From Candidatus Poribacteria bacterium (GTDB lineage: Bacteria > Poribacteria > WGA-4E > WGA-3G): 64,000 bases of DNA. The first letter of the stretch is position 1. Each line of letters begins with the position of its first letter. This document shows, in pieces, positions 1-9,877 of the stretch. The stretch spans positions 393-64,392 of the forward strand of contig JAJDXV010000021.1 in NCBI GenBank assembly GCA_022823085.1, read 5' to 3'. The position numbers and the translations under genes are program-made. The notes under the pieces were generated by a model that was not told the DNA's origin, did no database searches, and saw only the letters and a list, made by a program, of their open reading frames with translations.

Positions 1-1
1 A

Positions 2-1603
2 GTCCGATCCAGCCGCGCACAAGCCGATAAAAAGGCGTACCAAGATGAGATGAAGCGCGTTCTCGAAGCGCAACCGAAACTCGATATTAAACAGGTACTC
101 GTCGAAGAACTTCTCGTCGAAGATGGACGGTGTATCGGTATCCTGAGCCAGACGAAGACGGCTTATTTCGCGGAGACTGTCATCCTAACGACGGGCACTT
201 TCCTGAAAGGGACTATCCACATCGGTGATGTCTCGTATAGTGCCGGTAGGGCAGGCGAATCCGCCGCTGAGAAACTTTCCGACAGCTTCTTGAACCTCGG
301 ATTCGAGATCGGTAGACTCAAAACGGGGACACCGCCGCGCGTCAATGCACAAACGGTTGACTTCACCGACATGGAGATCCAACCCGGAGATGACGACCCG
401 CTCCCGTTTTCATTCGCTACCGAACAAATCACGCAGCCACAACTCCCGTGCTACTTGACTTATACCAATGAAGGTACCCACGAGATCATTCGAGCCAACC
501 TCCATCGCTCCGCGATGTACAGCGGTCGTATCGTCGGCATCGGCCCCCGATACTGTCCCTCAATTGAAGACAAAGTCGTCCGATTCTCAGAGAAAAAAGA
601 GCATCAGGTCTTCGTAGAACCGGAGGGACGAGACACCGACGAGATCTATCTCAACGGCATCTCTGCAAGTCTCCCAGAAGATGTGCAAGTAGAGATGGTG
701 CATAGCATCAAAGGTTTAGAGAACGCTGAGATTATGCGGTTCGGATACGCCGTGGAATACGATTTCGCACCGGCGACACAACTACAACCGACACTTGAGA
801 CCAAAAAGGTGCCGGGGCTCTACTTCGCCGGACAACTCAACGGGACGACAGGGTACGAAGAAGCCGCTGCGCAAGGACTCATGGCGGGTATCAATGCCGC
901 ATTGAAGGTCAAAGGCGGAGAACCGCTTGTCCTCGACAGGGCACAGGCTTATATAGGCGTGCTTATCGATGATCTCGTCACGTTGGACATCCGTGAACCT
1001 TATCGGATGTTCACATCACGCGCCGAATACAGATTGGCACTCCGGGAAGACAATGCCGATCTACGACTCACTGAAATCGGTAGACGCATCGGACTCGTTG
1101 ATGATGACAGATACCACCAGTTTGAAAGGAAAGCAGCGGACATCCAAACGGAATTGACACGACTACAGGAGACACGCCTTAAACCGACAGCAGAGACGGT
1201 GGATAATTTGGGGACTATCCTTAAAACAGGAGCACTAAAGCAACCGACATCGCTTGCAGACCTCTTGAAACGCCCGGAACTGCGCTACGAACATATAACA
1301 GAAATCGCACCGCCTACTCAGATGCTACCGCCAGCAGTGAAAGAGCAGGTAGAAATTCAGATTAAATACGACGGATATATCCAACGGCAGCAACGACAGA
1401 TTCACCAGTTTAAGAAGTTAGAAAATTTCCGAATCCCTGATACTTTTGATTATACGAGCGTTCGAGGGTTAAAAACGGAAGCGCGGGAAAAGTTAGCGAA
1501 AATCCGTCCAGCCTCTATCGGTCAAGCGTCGCGTCTGCCGGGTGTCTCACCAGCGGATATTTCGATCCTGACGGTCGTCCTGCATCAACGGAGAGCGAGA
1601 TAG
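2..1603 (+). CDS. mnmG: tRNA uridine-5-carboxymethylaminomethyl modification enzyme MnmG/GidA (5' end lies outside the window)
   Basis: Frame is open from position 2 (VRSSRAQADKKAY). Hallmark motifs RLKTGTPPR, GPRYCPSIEDK, FAGQLNGTTGYEEAAAQG and EPYRMFTSRAEYRL are present. Confidence 0.97.
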   Translation, partial: VRSSRAQADKKAYQDEMKRVLEAQPKLDIKQVLVEELLVEDGRCIGILSQTKTAYFAETVILTTGTFLKGTIHIGDVSYSAGRAGESAAEKLSDSFLNLGFEIGRLKTGTPPRVNAQTVDFTDMEIQPGDDDPLPFSFATEQITQPQLPCYLTYTNEGTHEIIRANLHRSAMYSGRIVGIGPRYCPSIEDKVVRFSEKKEHQVFVEPEGRDTDEIYLNGISASLPEDVQVEMVHSIKGLENAEIMRFGYAVEYDFAPATQLQPTLETKKVPGLYFAGQLNGTTGYEEAAAQGLMAGINAALKVKGGEPLVLDRAQAYIGVLIDDLVTLDIREPYRMFTSRAEYRLALREDNADLRLTEIGRRIGLVDDDRYHQFERKAADIQTELTRLQETRLKPTAETVDNLGTILKTGALKQPTSLADLLKRPELRYEHITEIAPPTQMLPPAVKEQVEIQIKYDGYIQRQQRQIHQFKKLENFRIPDTFDYTSVRGLKTEAREKLAKIRPASIGQASRLPGVSPADISILTVVLHQRRAR

Positions 1604-1605
1604 TT

Positions 1606-1660
1606 TTTTAAATTTTCCTTGCGATATTTTAAATTTTCCTTGCGGTAAATCAGGGTTTTT
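1606..1660 (-). repeat. Copy of the dispersed ...AACCCTGAT..ACCGCAAGGAAAATTTAAAA repeat, with its 3' end duplicated
   Basis: Reverse complement matches the copies at 9015-9047 and 9935-9966. Confidence 0.75.
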
Positions 1661-1913
1661 GAAGTTAACAGTACGGCGAGTACGCCTTTCAGTACTCAGT
1701 TATCAGTTAAAAGAGGGATACAATAATTCTAACACCTCTTAACTTTAACCATCAACTCGACTCCGTTATAAATGTTAAGGCACGAGTTGATGGTTAAAAC
1801 TGAAAGGTTGCGTAGCAACCGTACTGAAAACTGTTAACTTCTCCGCACAGAAACTCAATAGTTAAAAAACGCAGAACGTAGTGGAGCGATGCACAAAAAC
1901 TTAATAGTTAAAA
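1648..1913 (+). repeat. Composite palindromic repeat, copy A (inverted relative to 5789-6004)
   Basis: Near-identical reverse complement of 5789-6004 apart from an extra 53-bp insert at 1745-1797. It includes the rsmG start codon. Confidence 0.85.
1745..1797. mobile_element. TTAA-bounded miniature palindromic element (MITE-like)
   Basis: TTAACCATCAACTCG...CGAGTTGATGGTTAA inverted ends. Absent from the sister repeat at 5789-6004. A second copy lies at 2638-2691. Confidence 0.65.
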
Positions 1914-2554
1914 CATTCAAGCAGCACGGATTTCCGCTAACGGCGCATCAGACAGCGCAGTTCGAGTTGTATCGCGACGAGTTACTCCGATGGAACGAAC
2001 GGATCAACCTCACTGCTATCACTGATAAGGTAGAGATTACGCATAAACACTTTCTCGATTCGTTAGGGGTTTTGGAACATATCGCACTCGAAAGCGGCGA
2101 CACCGTGATTGACATCGGAACCGGTGCTGGGTTCCCCGGGCTCGTTTTGAAAATTTATGTCCCCGACATCCGACTAACGCTCGTTGAAGCATCGAAGAAG
2201 AAAGGGAGTTTTCTAAGATTTCTCATCGCGAAACTTAACCTTCATCAGAAGGTAGACGTTGAAGTACTGACGGAACGAGCAGAGGTTTGCGCCCAAGTTC
2301 CGAAGCACACAGGTGCCTACGATTGGGCATTCACCCGCTACGTCGCAACGCTCCGAGATTCAGCGGCGTATTGCATACCGTTCCTAAAACCGACAGGAAA
2401 ATGGGTGGCTTACAAATCACGGAAAGAGATAATAGACACAGAAATCAGCGAAAGCGCGATGTCGCTTAATGCACTCGGCGGAGACGTTGAAACCGTTTTC
2501 ACAACCCGAATACTCAATCGGAGTTATGTTGTGATACGTCGTGGCCGGACATAG
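1889..2554 (+). CDS. rsmG: 16S rRNA (guanine527-N7)-methyltransferase RsmG/GidB
   Basis: WNERINLTAI, HFLDSL and DIGTGAGFPGL motifs; follows mnmG. Confidence 0.95.
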   Translation: MHKNLIVKTFKQHGFPLTAHQTAQFELYRDELLRWNERINLTAITDKVEITHKHFLDSLGVLEHIALESGDTVIDIGTGAGFPGLVLKIYVPDIRLTLVEASKKKGSFLRFLIAKLNLHQKVDVEVLTERAEVCAQVPKHTGAYDWAFTRYVATLRDSAAYCIPFLKPTGKWVAYKSRKEIIDTEISESAMSLNALGGDVETVFTTRILNRSYVVIRRGRT

Positions 2555-2589
2555 AAACCTAATAGAAATACTAATCACAGATTTGGCAA

Positions 2590-2733
2590 GGACGAGCAGC
2601 CGCAACGAAGGCGCGGCGGGACAACGAAGAACGCTCTTTAACCAACAACTCGACTCCGTTATAAATGTTAAAGGCACGAGGTGTTGGTTAAGGCAAAGGC
2701 AACCCTGAACGAACCGCAAGGAAAATTAAAAAT
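2590..2733 (+). repeat. Dispersed GCAACGAAGGCGCG...ACCGCAAGGAAAATT repeat containing a nested TTAA element (2638-2691)
   Basis: Similar to 8600-9047 and 9878-10050. Ends in AAGGAAAATTAAAAAT directly before the ATG at 2734. Confidence 0.75.
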
Positions 2734-3072
2734 ATGAATTTTGAGACAACAATTGAAGAGGAAAATATATCTATCCTCCATATAGCAGGAAAAATCCTTG
2801 GGAATGCATCGGATGCATTTCGGAAGGCTATGGAATTGCAACTCCAAACCGGACACGATAAATTAGTCGTTGACCTAACCGAAGTTCCGCTAATTGACAG
2901 TAGCGCGTTAGGCGCGATCGTGACGACTTTAAAGGGGTACCAGCGATCCGGCGGGAAACTCGTTTTGCTGAAACCCCAGAAGGCAGTCCAAGAGGTATTA
3001 GAGGTAACGCAGCTTGCAACCGTTATCGAAATTTACGACACGGAGGAGGCTGCACGCGACGCTTTCATGTAA
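2734..3072 (+). CDS. STAS-domain anti-sigma factor antagonist (RsbV/SpoIIAA-like)
   Basis: 112 aa; VVDLTEVPLIDSSALG motif with the phosphoacceptor Ser. Confidence 0.9.
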   Translation: MNFETTIEEENISILHIAGKILGNASDAFRKAMELQLQTGHDKLVVDLTEVPLIDSSALGAIVTTLKGYQRSGGKLVLLKPQKAVQEVLEVTQLATVIEIYDTEEAARDAFM

Positions 3073-3221
3073 GCGAATACGTAGTTATACCATTTCTAAA
3101 AGTTTGTATTGCATTAACCCTACACCGTCCACCCGGACCCGGTAGGTTCGGTTTCCTAACCGAACCGGGCATAACTGAAAGATGAGGGCACTTTTAAGAG
3201 GAATCATCAATTAGATTTGGT

Positions 3222-3269
3222 ATTATAAGTTAAGAGGTTTATTGTTAGGAAGTGCTCTTAACTTATAAC
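3222..3269. repeat. Palindromic TTATAAGTTAAGAG...CTCTTAACTTATAA element
   Basis: Inverted repeat; a reverse-oriented copy lies at about 7345-7390. Confidence 0.7.
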
Positions 3270-3349
3270 CTAAAGCGAAGCGTACTAAAAACCAGCAACC
3301 AATTGAATAGGCGCGACAACGGAATGCCGGACAAACGGAGAGAGATCTG

Positions 3350-5794
3350 ATGGCAAAGGCAACCCTGAACGAACCACAAGGAAAGTTAAATAAACGTTTT
3401 CGGTTCAAAGTCGGGCTACGTGGTCAACAGGTCGTCCTGTTCCTGTTAGTCGCACTCATGCCCTTGTTCGCTGTTTCAATAGCGATCAAGGTGTTGGGCG
3501 AAAACGCACTAAAAGGGACTGTCGGTGAGAACCACGTGCTTTTGGCACAAGAGAAACTCGCACGCATGGATAACGCTATCTCGGAAAAGATCGCAAAAAT
3601 TCGAGGTGAACTGCCGAACATCACAGAAGCCGTCATGAGTTCAAACACGGTTGATGGCGATGTCGTTGTCTATTTCAATGTCTGGGCGGCTCTTGAAGAT
3701 AGTATCCGGCTACTCGAAACTTATGCCGGGAACAGAAGACGGAGGAATACTATTCCGAAAGAGGTAACCATTACAAACGCCTCCGGATACGTCCTTCGCT
3801 CGAACAATAAGATGTTGGACTACTATACGAAAACAGGGATACCGAAACGGGTACATGATAGCAAGTGGTGGAAAAATGCATATAACAACGGGGTCGGGTA
3901 CCCGTTTGCTGAAGATATTCGCTATGATACCGTACGAGAAGTACATCTCTTGCCCATCGCGCTGCCGATACGTGTAGGACTTAGAAACAGAGGACCAGCA
4001 GGTGAAAATAATACGATAGGGGTCTTGAGAATTGAACTGTTGCTACCTGAACTTAAAAGTATCGTTGAATCCAGCTTGGAGTTGGAGCAGACGCACACCA
4101 TTCTAACGGATGCATCCGGTAGGGTTATCGCCGCCTCAACCGGAAGTGGATACCAAATCGATGACGATATAGAGATGAACAATGCATCCGTAGAGGCAGT
4201 TATTGAGGCAAAAAGGGGGGTAAAAGGAAAATATTACGACTACGAATCCGTGGGGGAAAACGACAGTTTCGATGAATCGCGTGTATACGGTTGGGCACGG
4301 ACCCAACTCTCACGGAGACAACCGTGGAAGGTTCAACAGAACTTTAGCAACTGGATCGTCTTTGTTTCACGTCCGGCAGCCTCCGCCTACACCGGCGTTA
4401 GAAAATTAAATAATTATATCTTTTATGTTACCATCGCTTCAACTTGTATCGTTATATTTGTTGCATGGTGGGCCGCACAACGGATCGCAACACCCATATT
4501 GAGAGTCGCAGAAGCGGCACGGAGCATCGGACAAGGCGAATTTGATAGTGAAATCGTCGTTGATAGTGATGACGAAGTCGGCACACTCGCTGAAGAATTC
4601 AATGTGATGCGCAGAAACCTGAAAACCGCAGTCGAGCAACTCACCCAAGAAGAGCGAAAACTTACCACTATCGTTGATAACCTCGGCGAAGGGTTGATTG
4701 TTGTTGAACCGACTGGACATGTACTCTACCTGAACCCCGTCGCTGAACAGCTCTTGAACCTCGGAGATTCCGGCTTTGGAAATCACATTGAACTTGACCC
4801 AGAAGCTGGCGAGATCCGATGGACGAAAACATCAGAAGCAACGGAAACCGGAGTTACGGAAACCAAAACGGCGTCCTTGAAAGTCCTGTCTGCTTCACAA
4901 CGTGAGACGGCAGAGCATCAAACCATGATTGCGGAAGTCGATGTTAATGGGGATCAGCCAGGTATCAGTCACCCTCGCGTTCTCCGCATTATCGCGAGCC
5001 ACTTTCCTGATGAGAGCGGCAACGTTGCCGGCATGGTTTATGTTTTCGATGACATCACAAATGAACACGAAATAGAGCAGATGAAGTCGGAATTCGTCTC
5101 GCTCGTGTCACACGAATTACGGACACCATTAACATCTATCAAAGGGTTTATTTCGCTGATACTTGACGGAAAAACCGGCGAAATCAATCCAAAACAGCGA
5201 GAGAGCCTCAGCCGAGCACTCCGACAATCCGAGCGACTCGCCGAACTTATCAACGACCTGCTCGATATTTCACGGATTGAAGCCGGACGAATCGAAATGA
5301 AGCAGGAACAGGTACAGATAGACGCAATCGCAGAACGACGGATCGAAGAACTCCGACCACAAGCAGATGAGAAAACCATATCCCTACTTTTGGAAAAACC
5401 GACCGGGATTCCGGAGATGATCGGCGACGCAGATCGGATCGGACAGGTCTTTATTAACCTTATCGGGAACGCTATTAAATATACGCCAGATAACGGGACA
5501 GTGACTGTCAGGATTTCAACGGATTCAAGAAACGGTAGTCAACAAAACGGCTTTCATGTTGAGGTTATTGATACGGGACCAGGGATCCCCGTTGAGGAAC
5601 GAGAAAAGGTTTTTGATAAATTCAGACAACTCGGAAGTGTACAGACCCGACAACAGGGCGGCAGCGGTTTAGGGCTCTCAATCGCCTCTGGAATCGTTGA
5701 AGCACACGGTGGTAAATTATGGGTCGATACCGGAGATAACGGACAAGGAAGCAATTTTCAGTTTTTTATTCCTATTGATGGTAAGACTTTTTAA
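3350..5794 (+). CDS. Membrane sensor histidine kinase (extracytoplasmic Cache-like domain, HAMP, PAS, HisKA, HATPase)
   Basis: Two TM segments, HAMP (DEVGTLAEEFN), H-box VSHELRTPLTSI, N-box NLIGNAIKYT, G-boxes DTGPGI and GSGLGLSI. Confidence 0.93.
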   Translation: MAKATLNEPQGKLNKRFRFKVGLRGQQVVLFLLVALMPLFAVSIAIKVLGENALKGTVGENHVLLAQEKLARMDNAISEKIAKIRGELPNITEAVMSSNTVDGDVVVYFNVWAALEDSIRLLETYAGNRRRRNTIPKEVTITNASGYVLRSNNKMLDYYTKTGIPKRVHDSKWWKNAYNNGVGYPFAEDIRYDTVREVHLLPIALPIRVGLRNRGPAGENNTIGVLRIELLLPELKSIVESSLELEQTHTILTDASGRVIAASTGSGYQIDDDIEMNNASVEAVIEAKRGVKGKYYDYESVGENDSFDESRVYGWARTQLSRRQPWKVQQNFSNWIVFVSRPAASAYTGVRKLNNYIFYVTIASTCIVIFVAWWAAQRIATPILRVAEAARSIGQGEFDSEIVVDSDDEVGTLAEEFNVMRRNLKTAVEQLTQEERKLTTIVDNLGEGLIVVEPTGHVLYLNPVAEQLLNLGDSGFGNHIELDPEAGEIRWTKTSEATETGVTETKTASLKVLSASQRETAEHQTMIAEVDVNGDQPGISHPRVLRIIASHFPDESGNVAGMVYVFDDITNEHEIEQMKSEFVSLVSHELRTPLTSIKGFISLILDGKTGEINPKQRESLSRALRQSERLAELINDLLDISRIEAGRIEMKQEQVQIDAIAERRIEELRPQADEKTISLLLEKPTGIPEMIGDADRIGQVFINLIGNAIKYTPDNGTVTVRISTDSRNGSQQNGFHVEVIDTGPGIPVEEREKVFDKFRQLGSVQTRQQGGSGLGLSIASGIVEAHGGKLWVDTGDNGQGSNFQFFIPIDGKTF

Positions 5795-6004
5795 CTATTA
5801 AGTTTCTGTGCATCGCTCCATTACGTTCCGCGTTTTTTAACTATTAAGTTTTTGTGCGGAGAAGTTAACAGTTTTCAGTACGGTTGCTACGCAACCTTTC
5901 AGTTTTCAGTTAAGAGGTGTTAGAATTATCGTATCCCTCTTTTAACTGATAACTGAGTACTGAAAGGCGTACTCGCCGTACTGTTAACTTCAAAAACACT
6001 GATT
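5789..6004 (-). repeat. Composite palindromic repeat, copy B
   Basis: Reverse complement of 1648-1913; contains the kinase stop codon. A shorter copy starts at about 9759. Confidence 0.85.
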
Positions 6005-6080
6005 GAACCGAGACCGAAAATATCGTGCCTTTGTCAATAACATTATTGTCGATATTTTCGGTCTCAGGAAAGTTTAAAAT

Positions 6081-7292
6081 ATGCCTGAAACCATATTAGT
6101 CGTCGATGACGATCTCGATATACTTGAACTCCTGAAGATGAACCTGGAACCTGAAGGCTATACCGTCCGAACCGCAAGCGATGGCGACGGCGCAGTGCAA
6201 AGTGCCTGTACAGAGCCACCCGACCTCATTCTACTCGATGTTATGATGCCACATAAAAACGGCTTGCAAGTCATCGAAGAACTCAAAAATATAGACGAAA
6301 CGAAAAGCATCCCTATCATTCTCGTTACCGCGCGCGGGCAGGCGGATGATAAAGTCCTCGGACTCGAAACCGGTGCCGACGATTACATCACCAAACCGTT
6401 TGATTTACGCGAGGTCACAGCACGCGTTGAAGCCGTCCTCGGCAGGACAAGACCGATCAAATATATCAATCCCCTCAAACGCGCTATGGGAGAAGGGTTC
6501 AGCGAAGAGGGATTACAACAACTCGCCGGACACCTCGAAGCCGCCGCCGCTATTCAGAAAAAGTTGTTACCCGATCAGGCACCGAGTTTGGACAGATTCG
6601 ACATCGCAAATCTGCTACAAAGCTCTACTTCCGTCTCCGGTGATTTCTACGATTTCATCCACTTGCATGAAACACAGATCGGGATTGTCCTCGGGGATGT
6701 GAAGGGCAACGGGATACCGGCAGCACTCCTGATGGTCATGATTCGCACTGCACTCCGATTGCTCTGCCACGATGAAGGCACACCGGCTGCAATTCTTAAA
6801 CGGATCAATGACTTGGTCGCACGTGATACTGAGGCAGACCTGTTCGCAACCATGATTTACGGTATTTTGGATACTGAGGCGAATACCTTCATGTACGCAA
6901 ATGGCGGACACTGCTACCCGTTTCATTATAACAGCCGCACCGGTATAGATGTTCTAAAGACCGGAGGCATGTTGATAGGCGCATTTGAAGAAGCTACATT
7001 CACTTATGGAACGTGCCACCTGGACCCAGGAGACATCATCGTTTTCTATACGGACGGCATCACGGAAACAGAAGCCGCAGAAGATACCACTTCTGATGCC
7101 TCTACGCACTGGGAGCAGGATACGAGTGCACTGTTTTACGGCGGTGAACGACTTGCCAACTGCCTTTCCGAAAATACCGACCTCACACCCGCGGCGTTGT
7201 GCGAAGTGATACTTAACGATTTAGCACAATTCAGCGGAAGCACACAGACAAACGACGATAGGGCTTTAATTGTTATAAAACGCAACATTTAA
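6081..7292 (+). CDS. Response regulator receiver fused to a PP2C/SpoIIE phosphatase (RsbU/RsbP-like)
   Basis: N-terminal ILVVDDD, LLDVMMP and KPF. C-terminal SGDFYD, GDVKGNG, FYTDGITE and DDRALIV. Confidence 0.93.
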   Translation: MPETILVVDDDLDILELLKMNLEPEGYTVRTASDGDGAVQSACTEPPDLILLDVMMPHKNGLQVIEELKNIDETKSIPIILVTARGQADDKVLGLETGADDYITKPFDLREVTARVEAVLGRTRPIKYINPLKRAMGEGFSEEGLQQLAGHLEAAAAIQKKLLPDQAPSLDRFDIANLLQSSTSVSGDFYDFIHLHETQIGIVLGDVKGNGIPAALLMVMIRTALRLLCHDEGTPAAILKRINDLVARDTEADLFATMIYGILDTEANTFMYANGGHCYPFHYNSRTGIDVLKTGGMLIGAFEEATFTYGTCHLDPGDIIVFYTDGITETEAAEDTTSDASTHWEQDTSALFYGGERLANCLSENTDLTPAALCEVILNDLAQFSGSTQTNDDRALIVIKRNI

Positions 7293-7444
7293 TCAACAAC
7301 AAAGAGTACGCAGTTATAAGTACTCAGTACGCTTCGCTTTCGAGTATAAGTTAAGAGCACTTCGGAACAATAAACCTCTTAACTTATAACTTATAACTTA
7401 TAACTGTTAACTGCGTACTCGCTAGCAGAGAAGGAGCTTCAAAC

Positions 7445-8149
7445 GTGGGCGAGAGAACTGAACAGGTTATTACGCTTTCTCTCCCAAGTTCAATGCAACA
7501 TACTGACCTACTCAACGCTGTCGTCGCTGAAATCTTGAAAGAGACAGATTTCGCTGAAGACATCCAAGAGCGGGTTAAGCATGCTGCCATTGAAGCGGGT
7601 ACAAACGCGATAAAAAACGGCAATAGAGCAGGTCCGAGCGCATACACAACTTTCAAGTTGGCGCTCACCGACGATGAACTGAATATTAACACCCTGGCGG
7701 ATAGCGAAGTATTGAAGGACAAACCCTCCGAAATTGAACGGGCCGTCGAACTTTCGCTGCCAAGCTCAATGCAACATGTCTATCTACTCGATGTTGTCGT
7801 TACCGAGATTTTGAGAGACGCGGATTTCCCCGAGGAGATCCGAGAACAAATTAACCTTGCCGCTATTGAAGCAGGCACAAACGCAATCAAACACGGAAAT
7901 AAAGAGGATCCACTCAAAAGAGCGGTTATCTTGTTCTGTCTCGATGAAGATAAATTAACGATCATCATTGAAGACGAAGGCGAGGGATTCACACGCAAAG
8001 AGGTCGCTGACCCACTTGACCCAGAGAATTTACTCAAAAGCAGTGGTAGAGGCTTATTTCTAATGGAAGCCTGCATGGATTCTGTGACTTACGAAGCCAA
8101 CGGCACGATTATCAAAATGGTCAAATATAAAGAAACATCGGAGGAGTAA
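7445..8149 (+). CDS. Anti-sigma factor Ser kinase (RsbW-like) with a duplicated N-terminal half-domain
   Basis: EAGTNAIKHGN, DEGEGF and SGRGLFLM. LSLPSSMQH...AAIEAGTNAIK.GN occurs twice. Confidence 0.85.
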   Translation: MGERTEQVITLSLPSSMQHTDLLNAVVAEILKETDFAEDIQERVKHAAIEAGTNAIKNGNRAGPSAYTTFKLALTDDELNINTLADSEVLKDKPSEIERAVELSLPSSMQHVYLLDVVVTEILRDADFPEEIREQINLAAIEAGTNAIKHGNKEDPLKRAVILFCLDEDKLTIIIEDEGEGFTRKEVADPLDPENLLKSSGRGLFLMEACMDSVTYEANGTIIKMVKYKETSEE

Positions 8150-8234
8150 CCAGTAACCAGTAACCAGCTAAAAAAAACTGTGGAATATATTCTTTCTTTA
8201 ACTGGAAACTGTTAACTGGCAACTGGAAACTGTT

Positions 8235-8594
8235 ATGCAGGTTAATGTTCGACACAAAGGTAGCATTACAATCTTAGATATTGAGGGGAAAGTTATTGGA
8301 CCGGATACGTTAGCTCTTAAAGAGGTCATCGATCAACAGATTAAGATGGCAAATAACGAAGCGGAAAATAGCGAAGGACTCAATTTAATTTTAAACTTAG
8401 AACGCGTTCAGATGATGGATAGCTCCGGGTTAGGCGTGCTGATCGCTTCTTATACCACCATCCAGCGGAATGACGGACGCGTGGCACTTCTTAAACTCGG
8501 CGGTAATGTTAGAAGTCTCATCGTTATGGCAAAACTTATGACGATTTTCGATTGCTACGATACCGAAGCAGAAGCGATAGGGCACTTTCTATAG
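8235..8594 (+). CDS. STAS-domain anti-sigma factor antagonist
   Basis: LNLERVQMMDSSGLGVL motif. Confidence 0.9.
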   Translation: MQVNVRHKGSITILDIEGKVIGPDTLALKEVIDQQIKMANNEAENSEGLNLILNLERVQMMDSSGLGVLIASYTTIQRNDGRVALLKLGGNVRSLIVMAKLMTIFDCYDTEAEAIGHFL

Positions 8595-9047
8595 TTTGAA
8601 CCGCCACAAGACCTAAGCGAGAGTCGCAACAACGGCGCGACGGACAAGACCTAACGACATATTGAACGCAAGAACACTGATTAACCGAAGCAGAAGTTAT
8701 GGGTCACTTCCTATAGTTTGAACCGCCACAAGATATAAGCGAGAGTCGCAACAACGGCGCGACGGACAAGACCTAACGACATATTGAACGCAAGAACACT
8801 GATTAACCGAAGCAGAAGTTATGGGTCACTTCCTATAGTTTGAACCGCCACAAGACCTAAGCGAGAGTCGCAACAACGGCGCGACGGACAAGACCTAACG
8901 ACATATTGAACGCAAGAACACTGATTAACCGCATAGTCTTAACCGCCACAAGACCTAAGCGAGAGTCGCAACAACGGCGCGACGGACAAGACCTAACGAC
9001 GTATTGAACGCGAGAACCCTGATTAACCGCAAGGAAAATTTAAAAAA
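8563..9047 (+). repeat. Tandem array of about four 122-bp units
   Basis: CTATAGTTTGAACCGCCACAAG recurs at 8589, 8711 and 8833; a shortened fourth unit starts near 8933. Confidence 0.92.
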
Positions 9048-9770
9048 ATGGAAACACGTTCCCCTGTTGATGCAGCACAAAGCATTAATTTATGGTATAA
9101 ATGCACCGAGTGCCAAGAAGTCGTTTTCAGAGGCGAACTCGAACGGAATCTCTATATCTGCTCCTACTGCAACGCACTGTTTCCTTTACTCGCCGAAAAA
9201 CGGCTCGAATACCTATTCGATGAAGCATCGGCAACGAACATCAGATTGACCGACGCTGCCGGTATGACTGCCGAAGGAACAATTTCGGGATACCCGACTT
9301 GCCTTTTTATCGCGGATATAGATGTAATCCCTATCGAGATTGACACCACTCTTCTTCTATCATCTATTGAGGCTGCCATAGAAAAACGTATACCACTGAT
9401 TACGATTGCCGCTTGTCAACCGGACGGATATAAAGAGACGCTGGCGGAAACGACCTACTTGACAATGCAAATGGAGCGATTGCTGGAGGCTTCTCTACCA
9501 CATATCACTGTTCTGACCGAGAGTGAAATACACCCACTTGCAACGCATCTACCGCTCGGCGAATTGGTCATCGTAGAAGGCACAGCAACGCCCCCAAAAC
9601 CGGTACAGCCGAACCTACAACCCGCACCACACGCACCAGAAGAACAACTTCTCACGCAAACACCCACAAATGAGATAGAAGCAGAACCTGACATCAGCGT
9701 TGACTGCTATATCCCGCGCGAGACCTTACCTGAGATGTTAGGACGGTTTTTGAAGTTTTTTAACTATTAA
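9048..9770 (+). CDS. AccD-like zinc-ribbon protein with a degenerate carboxyltransferase domain
   Basis: LWYKCTEC..L..NLYICSYC..F.L.AEKRL resembles the AccD N-terminus. The GGSMG and SGGARMQE motifs are absent. Confidence 0.6.
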   Translation: METRSPVDAAQSINLWYKCTECQEVVFRGELERNLYICSYCNALFPLLAEKRLEYLFDEASATNIRLTDAAGMTAEGTISGYPTCLFIADIDVIPIEIDTTLLLSSIEAAIEKRIPLITIAACQPDGYKETLAETTYLTMQMERLLEASLPHITVLTESEIHPLATHLPLGELVIVEGTATPPKPVQPNLQPAPHAPEEQLLTQTPTNEIEAEPDISVDCYIPRETLPEMLGRFLKFFNY

Positions 9771-9877
9771 GTTTTTGTGCGGAGAAGTTAACAGTTGCCA
9801 GTTAACAGTTCCCAGAAAAGAGATATTGTGTTATCCGCACACCTCTTAACTGGTTACTGGTTACTGATACGCCAATA

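Noticed and set aside
1604-1888. oriC near mnmG
   Set aside because: No DnaA-box cluster (TTATCCACA) is seen; the region is explained by repeats.
8589-9047. Possible CRISPR array
   Set aside because: The 122-bp units are near-identical throughout, there are no unique spacers, and no cas genes are nearby.
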